NCBI GenBank assembly: GCA_905178155.1
Contig: CAJINV010000004.1
Coordinates: 11,686,177-11,750,176, forward strand
Length of the DNA: 64,000 bases
Direction: 5' to 3'
From: Amoebophrya sp. A120
Lineage: Eukaryota > Protista > Dinoflagellata
The notes under the pieces were generated by a model that was given only the letters and a program-made list of their open reading frames with translations, did not search any database and was not told the origin of the DNA. Numbering within the stretch: the stretch's first letter is position 1; each line of letters begins with the position of its first letter. Shown one piece after another: positions 37,901-46,300 of the stretch. The position numbers and the translations under genes are program-made.

Positions 37901-39502
37901 AAATGCCCTCTTTGCGTGGCAAAAACTGGACCTCTTTTGCCGTTCATGCAATACAGGTTTTTTGCAGAGTCCAAAGGTAGGTAGCATCACAAGTTATAAC
38001 TCTTCCCGGCGACCCAGCCATATTTGCAGTTGATAAGGGCTTGATCCCGACGATGAGCTTTTTTTGCTTCTCCGTGATCGTTATCAACTGTAAAAATGTC
38101 TGGGTCAGGAAGATTTCTACATTTGTCATGCATACTATCCATGACCCAGGATGTCTGTGATGCATGCCGTAGCATCACAGATTTTTAGAGCGCTTTTTCA
38201 TGCCTATGTATTCCGCATGACAGATGCCATCTCCGCGGAGCACAAAATCTACTCCTCTTGCTGGTCATGCAATACCAATCTTTTTCGAATCCAGAGACAG
38301 CATCACAAGTTTAGACTCTTCCAGACCCAGACATTTTTGCATTTGATAATCGTCTGCAGCTTCACGTTCGTCGTCTCCACCTCGCGCTCTTCCTTCCGCA
38401 GCGTCTCCTCGACCAGCCGCTCCTCCACGAACCGGCCCTCCAGCACGTAGTTTTGCACCACCCGCTCGCCCTGCGCGAGTTTGATGCCGTCCTCGGCATC
38501 GTGGTGCGGGCCCAGGTTGTTTGCCGCGTTCAATAGCGCTTCCCGGCCGTGGTGGTCCAGGTGCTCCTCCTCGCTGTCCTCGTTGTATTTGCGCTCCGGC
38601 ACGTTGTGCGCCCGCAGAAAGTGGTCGTCCCGGGCGAGGTCGTACGCGTGGGCGTCGTATGTACTGCAAAAATGTCTGGGTCTGGAAGGTGGTAACTTGT
38701 CATGGTAAATCTGAAGCATGCAAAACTCTGTGTTGCATGAGTGCCAAAAACTGTCCACTTTCGCTAGGTTGGGAGGGAGTTTCTCCTGCAGGATAGGCAT
38801 GGCAGAGACCTCGCAGAGTCCGTCATGCTACGTCCCGCATTCCAGACCTCGCGGGTCATGGAAAATCTGCATGACAAGTTTACACTCTTCCAGACCCAGA
38901 CATTTTTGCATTTGATACGTCGAGCACCCGCTCGATGTCCCGCGGGTCATCGTCGTCAATTTGCACGCCGGCTTGGTTTATCAAATGTAAAAGTGTCTGG
39001 GTCTGGAAACTTGTGATACTGGGTGGCGTCTCATGATGAGGCTACAAATGCTGGCTCAGCATGACAAGTTTCTGAGCTCCTAGGTGTTGCCTATTCTGCA
39101 TGATAAACTGCGCTTCTGCATCACAGAAAAACGGAGCTCTTGGGTAACGTGCGTGACAGATTTAAGAGTCATGCCAGACAAGCATGACAAACATGAATTC
39201 TTCCAGACCCAGACATTTTTACAGTTGATATGGCTGAGCACGCCGGACAGCAGCGGCGCGGGTCCGTCGGTCTCCGCGGGCAGGAAGAGAAAAGAACTAT
39301 TGTTCGCGGGTTGTTGATGACTTCTCGTCGGGGACCGCGAGGAGCTTGAAGATGTTGCACCAGGCTCGTCGTTGTCCTGGTGACGGTTGGTCGTGTTGTA
39401 CTCCGCATCAATGATCTGCTCGACAGTTTCCTGCGGCGGCTGCTCTTTTTTCTTCCGGTCGTGCAGCGTCTGCAGCGTCGGCTCGCCCTTCGTGTTGATC
39501 AT
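34968..39502 (-). CDS. Alveolin / inner membrane complex (IMCp-repeat) protein with 8 introners and at least 2 GT-AG introns
   Basis: Spliced product has V/E/K/P repeats: VVEKVMEVPQVVVKE, VVEKPVIEVVEKFVEVPVVKYVTKEVE, VEVPKIIYEDRYIEIPKVIY. Confidence 0.8.
36124..36380. mobile_element. Introner family A
   Basis: Family A TIRs; TSD tctgc. Confidence 0.9.
36418..36555. mobile_element. Introner family B
   Basis: Family B TIRs; TSD cgctc. Confidence 0.9.
37044..37219. mobile_element. Introner, degenerate family B-like
   Basis: tatgcagtccaaaagcatcg ... cgatcaaacttttgcaatgcata; TSD ctccc; restores EYRE/VIVDK. Confidence 0.8.
37383..37587. mobile_element. Introner family D-like
   Basis: tatccagaaaaaaaagtaagtgtaa inverted relative to ttacacttacacagtttttttcttgcata; TSD tcacg. 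Confidence 0.85.
37740..38035. mobile_element. Introner family A, diverged
   Basis: Family A TIRs with mismatches; TSD agtac/agggc; restores IKP/YRVVEK. Confidence 0.85.
38082..38348. mobile_element. Introner family A
   Basis: Family A TIRs; TSD atcgt. Confidence 0.92.
38658..38917. mobile_element. Introner family A
   Basis: Family A TIRs; TSD cgtcg. Confidence 0.92.
38979..39230. mobile_element. Introner family A
   Basis: Family A TIRs; TSD tggtt/tggct. Confidence 0.92.
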
Positions 39503-40275
39503 CCTTTGTAGTTTCGTCGGGGGAGATTTGTTTAGATATAGTAACTTCAACTTCTAGTAAGTATAATGCCTTCCCTTCGGGGAGCGGGCTCGTTTTGTGT
39601 CGTGTCTACAATTGGTATTTGTCGACCGATCTTCATTCATTTTTCTGTCGCTGGCGCTCTTAGGCGGCAAAAGAATACTCAACAGTTTCTTTCTTGATGA
39701 CGCTCTCGACGCCACACAAGACCCCCAAGTATTTGCTCATGCTTCGTCTTTTTTCGCTCTGCTCTCAGGTTCGCAGCACCATGCACATGTCCACGAGGCC
39801 GCTGAGGCGCTGCAAACAATCAAGATGAACGGTAACCAAGAGGACGTGGAGTGACTTCTCAAACAGATGCGTGGGGAGAGAGAGAGCGACGATTGCGAGA
39901 TCGACTATGGTTCTCCATAAACAGAATGTTTGGCTTGCATGCGACTGCGAGTCAACAAGTACTGCGACGACAAGAAGAATCATCTTCGATAGGCACCTCT
40001 GTACAACTCTCATCAGCCTGTTTTACTTGAGAGTGAAGACAAAGTAGCATGAGAATTTGTAACTTCTGCGAACTCCTCGAGAGATAGCAGGAGTCGTGCG
40101 TTAGCGTTCATTCAAAGGAGATTTGAGTTTCGCTAACTGGCCTGTATAAGTAGATACTGCAGATGCATTTGGTGTTGTGAGCCGTGTGTTCATTAGACGG
40201 TGACGGAGGTGTGCAAAATTTCAACAAAATTATGCTGCGATTGCGAATCGAATTTCATTCCGCTTCACCCCGCCA

Positions 40276-43018
40276 TCAGAGCCATGAGGAGTTCGCGACC
40301 CGTTTCGACTTTCCGGCGTTATCAACATCCGCCTGCTGCTCGGCCATCCTTTTCAGACCCGCGCGACAGAGCGCTTTCACATCCATACTGGGATCAACCC
40401 GCAGCTGGCTCACCAAGGCTTTTTTCCCTTCCTCACACGGTACGCGGGTCAGCGCCTCCGCCATCAGCAGCCTCGTGTACTCCGCTTTCTCTTTCCGCAT
40501 CGCCTGCCCGAGTCGCGAAGCGAGGGCGTTCGCTTCGCTCAGCGTCGTCGTTGAGGTGGCAGTGGCACGAGTTGTTCCGCTTGCCGCTGCTGCCACTGCT
40601 GGTGGGCAAGCACTGGAGCTGCCGCCGACTTCGCTCCCGGCGCCAGCGCCTGTAGACGTCGCATGATGAGTCATCTGGTCCTCCTTGTCTCCCTCCTGCA
40701 GCAATTGTGTCGTCAGCATGGCGTTGCGCAGACGTCGCTCCTCCTCCAAACTCTTGCAGGCGTGCAGGTCGTGAATCAGTTGGGATATCGCCAGCGTTCG
40801 GATCCACTCGTCGTGATCCTCCAGTAGCTCCCGCACTCGCGCTTTCGCCTCCGAGTCGAAGTTCGAGATGTCCCCGAGGCCGCAGCAGGCGAAGGCCCGT
40901 AAGTGGGGAAATTGCTCGTTGTAACTCCATATGAAATGCAAAAATGTCTGGGTGTCGGTGTGGAAAAGTGTAAACTTGTCATGCAGATTTTCCATGACCC
41001 GTGGGCATGGCCATGAGGTCTGGTTCTGGAATGCGGGACTTAGCATGACAGACTCTCCGAGGTCTTTGCCATGCCTATGCTGCATGAGAAACTCCCTTCC
41101 AACTTGGTCAAAAGTGGACCGCTTTTTCGCTCTCATGCAAGACATATTTTTGCATGCTTCAGATTTACCATGACAAGTTGCCGCCTTCCAGACCGAGACA
41201 CTTTTGCATTTGATACTCCATTCTTGCAGTTTCCACGACAGCTTCTTCCGGAAGTGGCTCGACCCCTGGTGCCACAGTTGCTCGACCGACTTCAGGACCG
41301 GAGGCGGTCGTTTTGCCACTGCGGTGGAAGAACCAGAGCTTCTTCGGTTTCTTGCTGGCGCAGGGGGTGAAGCGGATGACGCAACAAGGTCAAGTTGGTT
41401 CCCCGTAGAAGCAGGCGGGTTCGGTGCGCTTACCGAAGTTGCTTCTGGAGCTGCTAGGATGGTTCTCGCACCCCCTTGTTGATGTCCCGCGGTCGCGCTT
41501 GGTGTTGTTGTTCCCCATGTCCTCGCGCCAACATTTGTCCTCTCGCCCGGGAGGCCCTCGGGATGAAGCACGTCCAGGCTCCGGTAGAACTGGTTCTCCT
41601 GCTCCTCATCTTCTGATTGGTCTTGCTCACCCCCATGCCATAGTGAAGACGCGTCGACAAACAGAGCCTTGGCGAGATCTTTTGCGTAGCGAGCGTTTGG
41701 ATTTTGTTCACAATAAGTAGTACTTCCTGATGACGATGTTGCTCTACTTTGCCCTCCCCCACCTCGCGGAGCCAAAGTCGTCGCATCCTTGAACAAATCG
41801 GTGTCCAGATTTCTCTCCGACCGGTTGGCTTGGCTGCAGATGCTTACCAGGCGGAGGTGCCGCCACTGCTGGAACAGCAGTTCCTCGTATTCGCGGCGAA
41901 TATCATCTGCAAAAGTATCGCACTCGTAGTAATTGCAATCACGCATTACAAATCTTTTGCTTAAGGTAAATCCGCGTCACAAATTTGATTTCTCATTCTG
42001 AGGAAATTTGTAATGCATTTATCCGAGTACGATACTTTTGCAATGCATAGCGAAATGGCCGGAACAGCTCAGCATCTCCCTTGCACACCAGTTCCCACTG
42101 CTTCAGCTCCTTCCCGAAACCTCTTTCTAGCAAGATGTCCAGCGCCGCACTGCGGATGGCTTGGTGGAGGTCAGAGTGAGAAAGTTGAGGGTTCTGCTGT
42201 TTTTCAACATTGATTGCGTCTTCGTCATCATTCGGTGGTCGCTCAACATGCCCTTCCTGACGTTGAGCAGCACTGCTGACTGCGTCGTTTATTTGTTCAT
42301 CCTCTACTTGCACTTGGTCGTGCAAAAAGGGCACTTTCCCTCTGTCAGCAGCGAGACCAGGCGGTGCATCGCCCGGTGTTCTTGGAAGTTCTTTTTCCAG
42401 TACAGTGTCAGGAGTGCCGCTAGGACCGAGAAAACCCTCTCGGCGTGGCCGAGCAATTGGTGTAGCAATGCCCATGTCAGCGTCGTGCGGAAGATGATCG
42501 ACGTTGTGTATCTGTATGTGCTGTCCTCCAGCGCTTGTTTGGGGTTCATCTTCCGTAACTACGCTGCAATACGGAGGCGTGGCCTGCTGGTCGGAGGTTC
42601 CAATTCTAGCTGGCGATCTACTTCTCTTTTTCCGACTACGGCCCGAATAAACCGGCGTGAACAAGGGGCGCCAACACGAGGGTGTTGATCTATGTTGCAT
42701 CGACGACGAGCAGCCAGGCGTTTCATGCTGTCCTCTACTTCGTAGTTTGACGGGTTCCGTGGAAACAGAGACTGCGCTCCTTGTCGAGGCGGAGCAGTCG
42801 TGTTGGTATGTTTGATCTTGCGGATGTTCATCCCCTTCTGGTGAAGCGGTTTCTGAGCTCGAGGTAGTTGTAGACCAATCTGACCCAGCGTGCAGCTTCC
42901 GCGTCAGCCCGGTAGACGCAAAGCGCAGGCGAGCACCTGACACATCGAAGTAGAAAAAGGAAGATATTAGGGCACATACGGAAACGAGACCACGACGTGT
43001 GGGATAATTGTTGGCCAT
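40276..43018 (-). CDS. Hypothetical protein with N-terminal signal peptide (two introners); 3' end may extend to an exon near 39765
   Basis: GLVSVCALISSFFYFDVSGARL leader; ORFs join as ELFRPF/RREYEELL and KLQEWS/YNEQF. Confidence 0.6.
40930..41215. mobile_element. Introner family A, in frame and stop-free on the coding strand
   Basis: Family A TIRs; TSD ctcca; ORF 40276-41946 reads through it. Confidence 0.9.
41901..42049. mobile_element. Introner family B
   Basis: Family B TIRs; TSD gcgaa. Confidence 0.9.
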
Positions 43019-43388
43019 TTTCTTCGATATTTGCATTTGCTTTGTCAAGTTCAGCCGCGGCTTTGGTTGCAGCCTGGTACCACTTTTGGATACGCACAGT
43101 TCACGCACTGAAACTTGAACTTCCCACCTTCTTTGCCAAAGGTCGAAGATCGAGAAAAACCACAACCACGAAGCAGGATCTGGGGAAAAATTAAACCTTA
43201 GACACACAGAAGAGAAGAAAACATTGATCATTGGACTGTCATTCAGATTCAGGGGAACACCGACAATTATCAAAATTGATTTTCTTCACAAGATGGAACT
43301 CCACGTAGAAGTAGATACAACTGAGGAAGTCGTTTGTTGAGCTGACTTATTGCTTTGGTTGTTTATCTCAAGGCTTGGCATTGAAAAA

Positions 43389-46300
43389 TTATTCTTTGTG
43401 CTGTGTAAGTAGAGCTGTTCCACCACTCGAACGCTGTGCTAGTGACGGCGCGAGAAACGAAGTTGCCCCGGCACCAAATGCTACGCCTGGTGTAGTTTGC
43501 GGCACCGGCGCACCAAAGCCAAGTGGCGTAGTAGAAGCGAATTGTGGAAAGGACGACGACGCAGAACTCGCTGTCCGCAGTGGCTGATGGAACTGCGAAA
43601 TAGCGGGGACGTCGCCGGACGAACAAGAAGCGAAACCCGGCCTAGCACGACCGCTGGGAATTATCATGGTCGTCCTTGAACTTGAAGAAGATGAGGCACC
43701 ACTCCCTCCTCCAAAATGGCCCCACGACGTTGGCGGCGCAAACTGTGACGTCGTGGAGGGCTTTCCCGCGGTCGTGCCGGCTGTTTTCACAGAAGTTCCT
43801 GTCGTAATCCTGGTCGTACTAGTACTTCCACCAAAAGCTGCTGCAGAAGAACCACTTGATGAAGTTGCTGATGCTCCTGTCTTCCTTGCTTTTTGCGCCT
43901 GTAGTTTCTCCTTCTTCTCCTCCGCTAGAACCTCATCGTCCCATTTGAAAAATTCGCAGCTGGTGTACGTATATCAAATGCCAATATTTCTGGGGCTGGA
44001 TGATCACGATTCCGAGATTTGTCATGCAGTTTTTCCAAGCTCCGCCAAGTCTGTAATGCCGGGCCTAGCATCACAGGTTCTGCAGCCCCTTGGTGATGGT
44101 GATGCCTATTCTGCATGAGAAATGACTCCCCGGTATGGCTAGAAATGGGCACCTTTTGCAAGTCATGGAACACAGATTTTCGTATGATCCGCAACACGCA
44201 TCACAAGTTCGTATCCTTCCAGACCCAGACATTTTTGCAGTTGATAACGTAGCACTGCTCGTCGTGGAGGTCTGCAGCTTCGTCTTAGACGGGTCGAAGT
44301 TGTTAGTTCCCGGTTCCTTTTTGCCTTTGCCCTTCCCCTATCAAGTGTAAAAGTGTCTGGGTCTGGAAGAATGCAACTTGTCATGCTAAATCTGAACAAG
44401 GCAAAAATCTGTGTTGCATGATTACCAAAAGTCGTCCAGTTTTGACCAAGTCGGGAGGGAGTTTCTCATGCAGGATAGGCATGAGAGAGACAGAGATCGC
44501 GCAGAATCTGTCATGCTAGGTCCTGCATTCCAGACCTCATGGGTCATGGAAAAGCTGCATGACAAGTCGCGCATTCTTCCAGACCCAGACATTTTTACTG
44601 TTGATATCCCCCCGCCCGCCCGACCGCTCCCAGTCCTCGGATTGGTGCAGCTCCAGAAGTACCGCCCGAGATTCTGGTTCGCTTTGAAAACCGGCTTCAG
44701 CATCGCCCGCTTTATCAAATGTAAAAATGTCTGGGTCTGGAAGAATGCAACTTGTGGTGCTGAATTTGGATTCCAAAAAAATCTGTATTGCATGAGCAGC
44801 AAAGGGAATGTAATTTTTGGTGCGCGGAGAGGGCATTTGTCATGCGGAATAGGCATCGCGAAGCCCTCAAAAAATCTGTGATGCTAGGGCGTGCATCACA
44901 GACATTGCGGCCCATGCAAAACATGCATGACAAGTCTCAGAATCTTCCAGACCCAGACATTTTTACATTTGATACGCTTCCCGCAGTGGCAATTCGGCGC
45001 GCGGTTGCTCACGTCGTAATTGCGCTCGCGGAACGTGAAGGAAAGCCGGCCCTCCCCGCTGATCGGGTGCTCGTGCAGTTTGTTGTCGACCGGAACTTCG
45101 TGGCGCCAGAACTCCTGGAAACCCTCCCACATGACGAGCAGAGAATTGTGGGGAAGGCGGATCGCATAGGACGTCACGCGGCCCTTCTGTGTGCTTGAGG
45201 GTGTCTCTTTGTTCGCTGTTGGTGTCGCTATGTTGCTCTTTGATGTGTTTTTCGGCAGCTTTCGCTGATCCTTGTTCTTATCGTCGACAGGTGTGGTCTC
45301 AATCTCAACGTAATTCACAGGCTTCATTTTGAATTGCCGACTTGCGCCCAGCGTGAAGGCCGCCACCAGAGCCCAGGGCCCGATGCTCTGCACGGGGTCG
45401 GAGTGCGCGCCCAGGAAATCGGACTTCGCCGTGTAGTAGTTGCAAACGCAAAAATCCGGTTTCCACATCGGCGCACCGGGACCGGGAATGTACTGTCCAA
45501 AGTGTTTGATGGTGGAGAGATTCGCACCGGCAGCCGCACGCTGGAGACGGAGGAGGCGGAGACAGGTCGTGCTGGTGGACGATGAAGCTTGGTGCTCTTC
45601 TCGTCTATTGCCATTGGTCGTTGGTTCATTTGGATTTTTCCCCGGCTTCTCGACAGAAGTATTAATCGTTTTTGGTACAACTACTGCTGTCCTCTCCCCA
45701 AGACTCTTCCAAGCCTCGTCTCGCGGTCTTTTCTCGTTCCCGACAAGAAATTTCTCACACCCGATCGCCACGGCGCCCGAGCGCAACTGTTGCACGCGAT
45801 TCGTGATCACGTTCCGCACGTGCGCCACACGGTCGCCAAAATCGGTGTTTTTCCAATTTTTCGGTAGGTGGTCGAAGGAAAATCCGGTTTGCAGCCGGTG
45901 AGACACGATCTCCTTGTCGTACAGCCACCGCTTGGATTGGCGCCAGGTCACTTCCAGGAAGCGTGTAAGGAGGTCGTCGGCAAAGTCCTTCGCGAAAATG
46001 TTCTCCATCAGGTTCTATCAAATGCAAATATGTCTGGGTCTGGAAGAATGCAAGTTTGTCATGCTGCTTTTCCATGACCCATGAGGTCTGGAATGCCGGA
46101 GCTAGCATGACAGATTCTGCGAGAACTTTCTAATGCCTATCCTGCATGAGAAACTCCCTCCAAACTTGGTCGAAAGTGGACTGCTTTTGGCACTCATGCA
46201 ACACAGATTTCTGCATGATTCAGATTTAGCATGACAAGTTGCATTCTTCCAGACCCAGACATTTTTACAGTTGATAGGTTCACCGGGCAGTGCTTCTCCA

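Noticed and set aside
36124-39230. CRISPR-like or bacterial REP/IS interpretation of the ~30-bp repeats
   Set aside because: Repeats are inverted pairs with TSDs and irregular spacing, the intervening DNA is exon, there are no cas or transposase genes, and the context is eukaryotic
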